From Deltaproteobacteria bacterium (GTDB taxonomy: Bacteria; Myxococcota_A; Polyangia; Polyangiales; Houyiibacteriaceae): a stretch of DNA of 64,000 bases. This document shows, piece by piece, positions 10,251-18,945 of this stretch. Location: contig JAXMNT010000001.1 of assembly GCA_034670305.1 (NCBI GenBank), positions 64,001 through 128,000 on the forward strand, read 5' to 3'. The notes beneath the pieces are model-generated. The model saw only the letters and a program-made list of their open reading frames with translations, was not told the origin of the DNA and did not search any database. Within the stretch, counting starts at the first letter, position 1. Every line of letters begins with the position of its first letter. A program made the translations under genes and the position numbers.

Positions 10251-11414
10251 TCACGGAATCGCGCGGCGCGCGCGGACTTCGTTCTTCCACCGCTTGGCGC
10301 GGTGCCACCCCAGACCGACGAGGGTGGTCACGACCACCACCGCGGCCGCCGCGAGAAGCGCCTCCGTCAACGGGAGGGTGCGCCCGACCACCGAGGCCAA
10401 CCCGAGACCGGCGCCGTAGAGCACCATCAAGTGGAACCAGTAGAGCATCAGGCTCTCGCCCGCGAGGGTCTGCAGCCACCGGGGCAAGCTGCGCAGCCGG
10501 GTGCCGATGAGCGAGAGCACCACCACCACGCCCACCACCGCGGCGAGCTTGAGGATCGCGAAGTGCGGCACCGAATGCGACGTGGTCGCGTCGGTCACGA
10601 AGGTCCACGGCGAGGCTTTGGCGATCGCATGCGCGCCGAAGAGGAGCACTGCCAACCCGAGCAGCCGCGGCACCGGCACCCAGGGGTCGGTCTTGGCGCC
10701 CTGAGGTGCGACGAGGAACGTGAGCGACACGCCCGCCATCACGAAGCCGCTCCAGGGGAAGAGTGGGAAGAGCGAGCCGCCGCGGTGCGTGAGGTAGTTC
10801 GCCAGCGGGCGGCCCCAGTGGTCGTAGGGCACTGCGTCGGCCAGCGGCGCCATCGCGATGAACACGACCGCGAGCACACCCGCGCCGATCACGACGGTGC
10901 GGGCCTTCTTCGCGAACATCGCCATCAGCTGCACGATGCCGATGGACACGCCGATGCACTGAAGCACGTCGGCCATCATGAACATGTCGAGCGACGCCTG
11001 CGCGCGGGCCGGATCCGAGCTCAACGCTTCCGCCGGAAAGTGCATCGTGTAGCCGAGGAAGATCAGCCAGCCGATGCGGCGCCAGCGGGCAGCCGCCCGA
11101 CCGGGCTTGCTCTTGAACCGCTCCAGATCGACGAGCGTCGAGAGCGTGAACGCGATGCCCGCAGCGAACAGAAACCCGACGCTCACCAGGCCCCGTTGCC
11201 AGGACCACGCCTCGAAGATCGGACCGCTCCGCAGGTCCTGCGCGAGCAGCGCATCCAGGGTGTGCCCATGCATCATCTGGAACGCTGCGAGCAACCGCAG
11301 CAGGTCTACGAACATCAGGCGCTGCGACGTCGCCCGCACGGTGGCGTCCGCGCGCGATTTGGACGCGGCTGGGTCGGCTGCGTGAAGCGCGCCGATCGGG
11401 GCTACCTGAGACAT
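10251..11414 (-). CDS. Multi-pass membrane acyltransferase-like protein (DUF1624/HGSNAT-like)
   Basis: RLMFVDLLRLLAAFQMMHGH, FLFAAG, DVLQCIG, FPLFPW motifs; many TM helices. Confidence 0.75.
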   Translation of the reverse strand: MSQVAPIGALHAADPAASKSRADATVRATSQRLMFVDLLRLLAAFQMMHGHTLDALLAQDLRSGPIFEAWSWQRGLVSVGFLFAAGIAFTLSTLVDLERFKSKPGRAAARWRRIGWLIFLGYTMHFPAEALSSDPARAQASLDMFMMADVLQCIGVSIGIVQLMAMFAKKARTVVIGAGVLAVVFIAMAPLADAVPYDHWGRPLANYLTHRGGSLFPLFPWSGFVMAGVSLTFLVAPQGAKTDPWVPVPRLLGLAVLLFGAHAIAKASPWTFVTDATTSHSVPHFAILKLAAVVGVVVVLSLIGTRLRSLPRWLQTLAGESLMLYWFHLMVLYGAGLGLASVVGRTLPLTEALLAAAAVVVVTTLVGLGWHRAKRWKNEVRARRAIP

Positions 11415-11607
11415 GGCGCCGCCGGTTTAGCAGCCAGGCAGGGCGGACGCAGCCCGGCGGGGTTCGGGGGGGTCGGTGTGGCGGGGATGCGGTGCATAGA
11501 GGGGGAAGCTGGAACCAAGCCCCGTCTTCGTAGACGCAGCGCCCCCAGCCGATCACCCGGTCTCAGGTCCTCCCCGGCCGGCGGCCTCCCGACGGCCCCG
11601 GCCCGTC

Positions 11608-13254
11608 TCAGATCATGATGCCGAGCAGGTCCATCATCACCGTCTCCATCGGGGTCTCCATGACCGGCGGTTCGACCATCTCGGGCTCCATGACGGTCTC
11701 CATCGGAGTCTCCAGCATGGGCGTCTCCATCATGGTGGGTGTCATGTGGGTGCTGACGTGGTTGGTTCGCATCTCGGCGCGGGTCATTCGGCTCGGCGCC
11801 ATCACGGTGCTGACGTCTTGGGTGCCCTCGCCACGATCCAAGGTGATCCGGACGCTGCCCGCGTAGATCAGGGTCAGGTCCTGGATCTTCGTCTGGTAGC
11901 CCTCGGCGCGCGCTTCGAGTCGACGGGGCTCGCGCTGGCGTGGCAGCGCGCCGTCGAACGGGTTTGGCATTCGGTCGCCATCGAGGAAGAGGATCGCGTT
12001 GGGAGGCACGGTGCTGATCTGGATGCGTACGGTCTCCACCGGCGCCTCCATCGTGGTCGTCTCCATCGCGGTGCCGGTCCCGGTCTCGGGGTCGGTCCCG
12101 GTTTCGGTCGCGACGACGGGGTCCGCGGTGTTGCTGAACGCACCCGTCGCAAACGCGACCGCGAGGCCACCGCCCGCGACGACCAAGAGCCCCGCGACGA
12201 GAATCAGCGGCAGCTTGCTTGTCGTCGGAACCTCGAAGGGTCCGGATGGATAAGGGGTGTGGGCGGCTTGCTGGCTGGCGTCCGGGGCGGCGACGGCCGA
12301 GGCCTTGGCGGCCTCGAGCATCGACGACTTCATCGACGCGGTGCTCGGCGCGTCGGAGACGACCACCGGCGCGTCCTCCACTTGGGCGAAGGGCAGCAGG
12401 TCCGCCTTCACCTCGGCGCAGCTCGCGTGCCGGTCCTCGCGGTCCTTCGAGAGCATCCGGTTGACCAACGTCTCGATGGCCTCCGGGATGTCCGGCCGGT
12501 AGGTGCGGAGCGACGGCGGCGGCTCGGTGCAAATCTTGAGGACGAGCATCGGGTACGACTCGTCGTCGAACGGGTACTGGCCGGTGAGCGCCTGAAAGAG
12601 AATGACGCCGAGGCTGTAGATGTCGGCGCGGTTGTCGACGTCCTTGCGGCCCTGCGCTTGCTCCGGCGACATGTAGTAGGGCGTGCCGAGCGTGGTGCCC
12701 GTCTGAGTCATACCGCTGCCCGGTCCGGTGTCCTTCACCTTCGAGATGCCGAAGTCGAGGACCTTCACGAAGTCCTCGTTTCCGCCACGTTCGATCAGGA
12801 AGATGTTCTCGGGCTTCATGTCGCGGTGCACGATGCCGAGCGCGTGCGCGGCGTCGAGCGCGTCGCAGACCTGCAACATGATCTGTACGACCTTGCCCAG
12901 CGGCTGTGCGCCGTGGTTGTCGATGTCGTCGGACCAGTCGCGGCCTTTGAGGAACTCGAGGACGATGAAGAGCGTTCCATCCGGGAACTGCCCCATGTCC
13001 GTGACTTCGATGATGTTCTGGTGGCCGATGCTCGTGGCGGCCAAGGCTTCGCGGCGGAAGCGCGCCACGATCTCCGGATTGGTCGCGAACTGAGCGTGCA
13101 GGCACTTGATGGCGACGCGGCGTTTGATGAGGACGTGCATGCCCTCGTAGACGGCACCCATCCCGCCTTCGCCGAGCTTGCCGACGATCTCGTACTTGTC
13201 CTGAAGAACCATCCCAATCTTGGGATCTTCGGGCTGCGCCAACGCCTCACTCAT
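11608..13254 (-). CDS. Membrane Ser/Thr protein kinase with PEGA-like domain and Met-rich tail
   Basis: GEGGMG, VAIK, HRDMKPEN, DFG, GTPYYMSPEQ; TM; STVPPNAILFLDG PEGA-like segment. Confidence 0.95.
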   Translation of the reverse strand: MSEALAQPEDPKIGMVLQDKYEIVGKLGEGGMGAVYEGMHVLIKRRVAIKCLHAQFATNPEIVARFRREALAATSIGHQNIIEVTDMGQFPDGTLFIVLEFLKGRDWSDDIDNHGAQPLGKVVQIMLQVCDALDAAHALGIVHRDMKPENIFLIERGGNEDFVKVLDFGISKVKDTGPGSGMTQTGTTLGTPYYMSPEQAQGRKDVDNRADIYSLGVILFQALTGQYPFDDESYPMLVLKICTEPPPSLRTYRPDIPEAIETLVNRMLSKDREDRHASCAEVKADLLPFAQVEDAPVVVSDAPSTASMKSSMLEAAKASAVAAPDASQQAAHTPYPSGPFEVPTTSKLPLILVAGLLVVAGGGLAVAFATGAFSNTADPVVATETGTDPETGTGTAMETTTMEAPVETVRIQISTVPPNAILFLDGDRMPNPFDGALPRQREPRRLEARAEGYQTKIQDLTLIYAGSVRITLDRGEGTQDVSTVMAPSRMTRAEMRTNHVSTHMTPTMMETPMLETPMETVMEPEMVEPPVMETPMETVMMDLLGIMI

Positions 13255-13432
13255 CGAAGGCGGCACTATATCACCCGCGTGTGGCCCGTGGGGACCAACT
13301 CACACTGGTACGAATTGTCGCCCACGACTCACATTCCCCTGGTTGTTGTCCCACAACGAGAAAGACCGCACCCGAGGGCGCGGCCTTTGCTCTGACGAGA
13401 AACGTGTGTCCCTCGGTTGGGTCAGCTGAGGT

Positions 13433-14077
13433 TCAGCTGCCCGCGAGGTTCGACGGGTTGACCGAGCCGAGCTCGGTGAAGCCGAGCGTGTACGCGGCGT
13501 TCTCACCCTGCTGGTAGCTGCCGATCCAGATCTTGTAGGTGCCGGGGGCCATCGGGCCTTCGACGAGGGGGTTCATCGCTTCGAAGTCGTCGTTGCAGAG
13601 GTAGCTGCCGTCCGGCTTCTGTACCACGAGGGTGATGTCGGAGGCCGAGTGGGCCATGACGCGAAGGTTGGCGAAGGCGCCCGAGGCCACGAAGAGGTGG
13701 TCCGGGGTTCCGGCGATCCAGCCCGTGCAGGCGGGGTTGACGGTGGCGGCGTTGGTGCTGCCGCCGCTCGTGCCGGTGGCGGTGTGCGGGTCCGGCATGA
13801 AGCCAGGGTTGAGGGTGACGGTTCCGAAGTTGGAACCACCGGCTGCGGCGGCGACGCCTGCACCGGCTGCGGCGGCCTGGGCTGCGGCGGCTGCTTGCGC
13901 GGCCTGTGCTGCGGCACCAGCGGCTGCGGCCTGCCCCTGCTGTCCCTGTGCGGCGGCCTGCTGCAGCTGCTGCTGAAGCTGGGCGCCTAGCGCGTTGGCT
14001 TGCTCGTTTGCGGCTTCTTCGTTGCCACCGCAGGCAACGAGGCCCAAGGCGAGGGCGATCGTGACGACTTGCTTCAT
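13433..14077 (-). CDS. Lipoprotein with Gln/Ala linker and C-terminal PPC-like beta domain
   Basis: Lipobox LVAC; FGTVTLNPGFMPDP...CTGWI...PDGSYLCNDD...GTYKIWIGSY. Confidence 0.75.
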   Translation of the reverse strand: MKQVVTIALALGLVACGGNEEAANEQANALGAQLQQQLQQAAAQGQQGQAAAAGAAAQAAQAAAAAQAAAAGAGVAAAAGGSNFGTVTLNPGFMPDPHTATGTSGGSTNAATVNPACTGWIAGTPDHLFVASGAFANLRVMAHSASDITLVVQKPDGSYLCNDDFEAMNPLVEGPMAPGTYKIWIGSYQQGENAAYTLGFTELGSVNPSNLAGS

Positions 14078-14356
14078 GCTCCCTGAACTCCTTGATTGTC
14101 GACCCGATTCGGGTCGTCCTTCGGCGGATTCGATCCACCCCCCCAGCCGCGGCCGGGTGCCGGGGCATACCACAGATCGGCCAGAGGGATCCAAGGGACC
14201 CACGTGGGACGAGCAGAGCCGTGGTTGCGAGGGGGCGGTCTTTCCAGCTATGGCCCGACCCTACGCCCACCGACTCGAGAACTTCCCCGGCCCCGGTCGA
14301 ACCGGCGCGGGGTCGTGAGACTTCACAGCCCGTCGGGCGTTCGGGAACCCCGCCTC

Positions 14357-14902
14357 ATGTCTGCTGCACACCCCTCCTTCTTCGCCCGCATCGGGTTGGC
14401 CTTCCGTGTCCTCTTCAGTGGTGAAGCCGCCGCCCGGGTGGTTTCCAGGCCTGCACTGCCGGCCCCGGCGCCCGAGCGCGCGCCCACGCCGGTCCCGCCT
14501 CCGCCCGTGGTGGAGCGGGCGCCGAGCGATGCCGCGCTCCAACTGCTCGCGATGTTTCAGCGCGAGGGGCGCTTCGTCGACTTCCTGGAGGAGGACGTGA
14601 GCGCGTACAGCGACGGGGACATCGGCGCCGCGGCGCGGAAGGTCCACGAAGGGTGCCGAAAGGCGCTGCGGGAACACATCGAACTCGAGCCGGTGCACAC
14701 GCAAGAAGAAGGCGAATCGGTCACCGTGGAAGCGGGGTTCGATCCGTCGGAGATCCGGCTCACCGGCAACGTGTCGGGCGAAGCGCCGTTCAAGGGTGAG
14801 CTCGCGCACCGAGGCTGGAAAGTCGTGCGGTGTGAACTGCCGAAGCTCTCGAACGACCACGACGTGCACATTCTCGCGCCCGCGGAGGTCGAACTCGCAT
14901 GA
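14357..14902 (+). CDS. DUF2760 domain protein
   Basis: ALQLLAMFQREGRFVDFLEED, IGAAARKVHEGC, HRGW, APAEVEL; overlaps the Hsp70 gene. Confidence 0.85.
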   Translation: MSAAHPSFFARIGLAFRVLFSGEAAARVVSRPALPAPAPERAPTPVPPPPVVERAPSDAALQLLAMFQREGRFVDFLEEDVSAYSDGDIGAAARKVHEGCRKALREHIELEPVHTQEEGESVTVEAGFDPSEIRLTGNVSGEAPFKGELAHRGWKVVRCELPKLSNDHDVHILAPAEVELA

Positions 14903-16710
14903 GCGCGTCGTACGCGATCGGCATCGACCTCGGCACGACGCACTGCGCGCTGGCGTACATCGATCTCGACTTGAGCGAAGGTGAGTCGCTCGCGCACCAC
15001 ACGCTCGACATCCCGCAGGTGGTCAGTCCGGGCGAGGTCGAAGACAAGTCGCTGCTGCCCTCGTTCGTCTACCTGCCGCATCCGGACGAGTTGTCTGCCG
15101 GCGCCGGCGCGCTGCCGTGGAACCCGACACCCGCCGCCATCGTGGGCACGCTTGCGCGGCGACTGGGTGGCAAGACGCCCGGCCGATGTGTGTCGAGCGC
15201 CAAGAGCTGGCTCTCTCACAGCGGCGTCGACCGGACCGGTGCGATCCTTCCGGTGGATGCGCCCGACGACACGCGGCGCATCTCGCCGGTGGAGGCGAGC
15301 ACCCAGTACCTCAAACATCTGCGCGAGGCGTGGGAACACAAACACCCGGACGCACCGCTCGCGGAGCAGCGCGTCGTTCTCACCGTGCCGGCATCTTTCG
15401 ATCCGTCGGCGCGTGAGTTCACGTTGGAGGCCGCGCGCGCGGCCGGGTTCGGGGAGCCGGTGTTGCTCGAAGAACCACAGGCTGCGCTCTACGCCTGGAT
15501 CGCCAACACCTTCGGCAGCGACGAAGGGTGGCGCGACCAACTGAAGCTCGGCGACGTGCTTCTGGTGGTCGACGTCGGCGGCGGCACCGTGGACTTCTCC
15601 GTCATCTCGGTCGGAGAGAAGGACGGCGGACTCTGGCTCGAGCGCGTCGCGGTGGGCGAGCACATCTTGCTCGGCGGCGACAACATGGACCTCGCGCTGG
15701 CACACACCGTCAAGGCGGCACTCGAAGCCACGGGCAAGACGATCGACGACTGGCAGTTGCGCGGCCTCGTGCACGGGTGCCGCGACGCCAAAGAGCAACT
15801 GCTCGCAGGGGAGTCCACGTCGGTTCCGCTGGTCGTGCCGAGCCGCGGATCGAAGTTGATCGGCGGGTCGTTGCGGGCGGAACTCACCCTGGAACAAGTC
15901 ACACGCGTCGTGCTCGAAGGGTTCTTCCCCAAGGTGCCGGTGGACGCTGCGCCGGCCACCACGCCGCGAAGCGCACTCACCGCGCTCGGGCTGCCGTACG
16001 CGCGCGACGCGGCCGTCACGCGCCATCTGGCCGCCTTCCTCCGGCGTCAGTCGGGCGCACTCGAATCGGAGGAGGGCACGTTCCTCTGGCCGACCGCGGT
16101 CCTCTTCAACGGCGGCGTGCTCAAGGCGAAGGCGATCTCGGAGCGGTTGCTCGACACGATCGGTGCGTGGCTCTCCGCCGACGGCGCGCCACCGGCCCGC
16201 GTGCTCGGTGGGGCCGACCTCGACCGCGCGGTGGCTCGCGGCGCTGGCTACTACGCGTACGCCCGCATGACCGACGGAGTCCGAATCCGTGGCGGCTTGG
16301 CCCACGCCTACTACGTCGGGGTCGAGAGTTCCGCGCCCGCGGTCCCCGGCCTCGAGCCTCCGATTCAGGCGCTGTGCGTCGCGCCCTTCGGGCTCGAAGA
16401 AGGCGACCTCGCCGAGCTGCCACCGCAAGAGCTCGGCCTCGTGGTCGGAGAGCCGGTTCGGTTCCGCTTCTTCACCTCGTCGGTGCGGCGCGACGACCGG
16501 CCTGGGCAGATGTTGTCCCGCTGGAGCGAAGACGAGCTGTCCGAGCTCGGGCAGATCGAAGCCACCCTCCCGACCGAAGGCCGCGCACCCTCCGAGGTCG
16601 TACCGGTGCGGCTGCGCGCGCGGGTGACCGAACTCGGCGTCTTCCGCCTCGAAGCGGTCCCGCGCGACGGCGGCCACGTCTGGAACGTGGAGTTGGACGC
16701 GCGGCAGTAG
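14899..16710 (+). CDS. Hsp70-family (non-DnaK) protein
   Basis: GIDLGTT, TVPASF, EEPQAA, DVGGGT, LGGDNMD, LFNGG motifs. Confidence 0.9.
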   Translation: MSASYAIGIDLGTTHCALAYIDLDLSEGESLAHHTLDIPQVVSPGEVEDKSLLPSFVYLPHPDELSAGAGALPWNPTPAAIVGTLARRLGGKTPGRCVSSAKSWLSHSGVDRTGAILPVDAPDDTRRISPVEASTQYLKHLREAWEHKHPDAPLAEQRVVLTVPASFDPSAREFTLEAARAAGFGEPVLLEEPQAALYAWIANTFGSDEGWRDQLKLGDVLLVVDVGGGTVDFSVISVGEKDGGLWLERVAVGEHILLGGDNMDLALAHTVKAALEATGKTIDDWQLRGLVHGCRDAKEQLLAGESTSVPLVVPSRGSKLIGGSLRAELTLEQVTRVVLEGFFPKVPVDAAPATTPRSALTALGLPYARDAAVTRHLAAFLRRQSGALESEEGTFLWPTAVLFNGGVLKAKAISERLLDTIGAWLSADGAPPARVLGGADLDRAVARGAGYYAYARMTDGVRIRGGLAHAYYVGVESSAPAVPGLEPPIQALCVAPFGLEEGDLAELPPQELGLVVGEPVRFRFFTSSVRRDDRPGQMLSRWSEDELSELGQIEATLPTEGRAPSEVVPVRLRARVTELGVFRLEAVPRDGGHVWNVELDARQ

Positions 16711-16730
16711 CGAACTGTGCGCGGTTCGCT

Positions 16731-16935
16731 GGGCGTTCTCGCAGCCTGTCCCTCGCCCCTGCCCTTGCCCGCGGATCAGCGGTCAGATCGCTTGATCAGC
16801 GCGACCTTCGTCCGCCGGGCATCCGGCTCCGATTCACGGCCTCGCCGTCGCGAAACACACGGCGTCCACGACGCGGGCAAGGGCACGGGCAAGGGCAACG
16901 GCAAGGGAGCAGGTCGCTTTTCAGCGACCTGCTAG
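16731..16935 (-). mobile_element. Copy 1 of CTAG-hairpin/hexamer fold-back element (MITE-like, internally deleted)
   Basis: Reverse complement matches 31180-31300 and 31570-31656 nearly exactly. Confidence 0.75.
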
Positions 16936-18764
16936 CGTGAGCCGGTGATCTCGACGCTCTGGTTCACGCAGGGGTCGCTGCCGAAGAAGCTGCAGTCTCC
17001 GACGAAGGTGGCGCTGAAGGTGGCGGTCCAGGTGTCGTCGTCGGTGAAGGCGCCGTTGAGGCAGTAGGTCTCGTTGCAGGTGCCGGTGAACATGCAGCAG
17101 ACGTCGATGTCGCGGCTCGGGGAGTTGGCCGAAGGACCGCGCATGAAGGGATCGGCTCCGTCGCAGAAGCTCGCTGGGACTTCGAGCACGGAGCCGTCGT
17201 CGTTGAAGGTGAACGACGAGATGTCGAGGCTGACGAGGCCGAGCGCACACGAGTACACGATGGGCGGCGTCGTGTTGTAGAAGCCCGACGGGTCGAAGTC
17301 CGTACACGCCGACTCGTCGTAGGTGCAGTCGGACGCGCACGTCAGGTCGCCTCCATCGAAGCCCCGGGTCGTGCAGTCCGCGCCGCCGAGCTGGGCGCCG
17401 TCGCAGGCTTCTCCGTCGGCGGCGTCGATCGTTCCGTTCCCGCATCGGTTGCAGCCACTGAAGTCGAAGCCGCACCCAGCCGCGCACCGGAGCGTGCCGC
17501 CCGCGAAGCCCATGCCGAGATCGGTGCAGTCCATGCCGTTCAGATCCGTGCCGTCGCAGTCTTCGCCCGCGTCCACGTCGCCGTCTCCGCAGTTCGAGCA
17601 GCCCCGCTCGTCGAAGCCATCGCAGCTGTCGTTGCACGTAGCGGTCCCAGAGAAGTAGCCGAGCGCGGTGCAGTCGCGGTCGCGGCCGCGGCAACAGGTG
17701 AACCCGTCGTCGCACGCACCATCGCAGTCGTCGTCCACGCCGTTGCAGACTTCGGCCGGCGGCACGCACGCGTCGAGGCTGCAGTCGGGCAGACAGGTGC
17801 GGGTGCCGGTCGAGCCGCAGGTGGTCGCACAGTCGGTGATGCTGCCGGGTCTGCACACGGAGGTCTCGTCGATGGCCCCGTCGCAATCCTCGTCGCCCCC
17901 GCCGCACGCCTCGGGCGGCGGAGTGCAGGTGGTCGACCCATCGGGCGCACACGCGGTGGTTCCGGTCGAGCCACAGCTGGTCGTGCACGGCTCCCCCATC
18001 GGGCAGCACCCTTCGTCGACGACCGCGTCGCAGTCTTCGTCGCCACCACCGCAGATCTCCGCCGCCGACGGAGACACCGACGCGTCCGTGTCGTCGCAGT
18101 CGTCACCGCAGGCCAAGGGTGTGCTCGGTGCGTGGCCGTCGCCGTCGGCGTCGATCAACGGGTGCACGCAGGCGCGCGTCTCTTCGCTGCACGAGTCCAC
18201 GGTGCACTCGTCGTCGTCGTCGCAATCCCGGAGCGAGACGAACTGACAGCCGAACTCCGGCTGGCAACTCCACTCGCCGACGCAGTACGCGCTGGCTTCA
18301 CAGTCCGCGACACTCTCGCAGGACGTGGGCGGCTCCGGGATGCAGCCGAACGCCGCCAAACAGATTTCTCCGTCGTCGCACAGCTCGGGCTGCGGCCGAG
18401 ATGTACAGAGCCCTTCCGCGGAGCAGAAGTCGAGCGTGCAACGGACCTCGTCGCGGCAGTCCCCGTCCGTCTCGCAAGCCATCGGCGCGGTGCCGCAACC
18501 GAACCCCGCCGAACAGGAGAGCCCGTCCTCGCAGCAGTCCGCGCAGGGCGTGTGCGTGCACGCGTCGTCGAGGCAGCGGTCGATGGTGCAGGCCACCCGG
18601 TCGTCGCACTCGAAGTCCGCCGCGCAGCGGGTGGGCGCGTCCGACAGCGCGGGGGCGTCGCCGGAGGTCGCATCGCTTCCACCGTCGGGGCTGCGCTCGT
18701 CCGACCCGCACCCGAAGCACAGAAGAAGAGCGCTGCCGACCAGGAGAACGCGCTTGTCGGTCAT
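16932..18764 (-). CDS. Cys-rich lipoprotein with putative metal-binding (MopE-related/Myxococcus Cys-rich) repeats
   Basis: Lipobox CFGC; DADGDG, DCDDTD, AEICGGGDEDCDG, CGNG..D.GE.CDG repeats. Confidence 0.8.
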   Translation of the reverse strand: MTDKRVLLVGSALLLCFGCGSDERSPDGGSDATSGDAPALSDAPTRCAADFECDDRVACTIDRCLDDACTHTPCADCCEDGLSCSAGFGCGTAPMACETDGDCRDEVRCTLDFCSAEGLCTSRPQPELCDDGEICLAAFGCIPEPPTSCESVADCEASAYCVGEWSCQPEFGCQFVSLRDCDDDDECTVDSCSEETRACVHPLIDADGDGHAPSTPLACGDDCDDTDASVSPSAAEICGGGDEDCDAVVDEGCCPMGEPCTTSCGSTGTTACAPDGSTTCTPPPEACGGGDEDCDGAIDETSVCRPGSITDCATTCGSTGTRTCLPDCSLDACVPPAEVCNGVDDDCDGACDDGFTCCRGRDRDCTALGYFSGTATCNDSCDGFDERGCSNCGDGDVDAGEDCDGTDLNGMDCTDLGMGFAGGTLRCAAGCGFDFSGCNRCGNGTIDAADGEACDGAQLGGADCTTRGFDGGDLTCASDCTYDESACTDFDPSGFYNTTPPIVYSCALGLVSLDISSFTFNDDGSVLEVPASFCDGADPFMRGPSANSPSRDIDVCCMFTGTCNETYCLNGAFTDDDTWTATFSATFVGDCSFFGSDPCVNQSVEITGSR

Positions 18765-18945
18765 GGGAGCCGCACGCCTTACGGTGCCATCGCACCGCCC
18801 ATCACCGCAAGGGCGGGCGTCATCCATGCATACCGCGCCAAGTCATTCCGACAGGCAAGCGTTGCGCTGCCCACCGTGGTGCCGGCACCATGCCGCGTCC
18901 GCGTCACTCGGCGCGGCAGCACCCGGATCGAAGGACACACACGCA

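Noticed and set aside
10243-11556. Apparent N-terminal extensions or fusions in the ORF track (CoA-transferase 843 aa, kinase 852 aa, TatT 656 aa, GNAT 489 aa, ArsR 285 aa)
   Set aside because: The extensions overlap neighbouring real genes in other frames; they are artefacts of choosing the first start codon.
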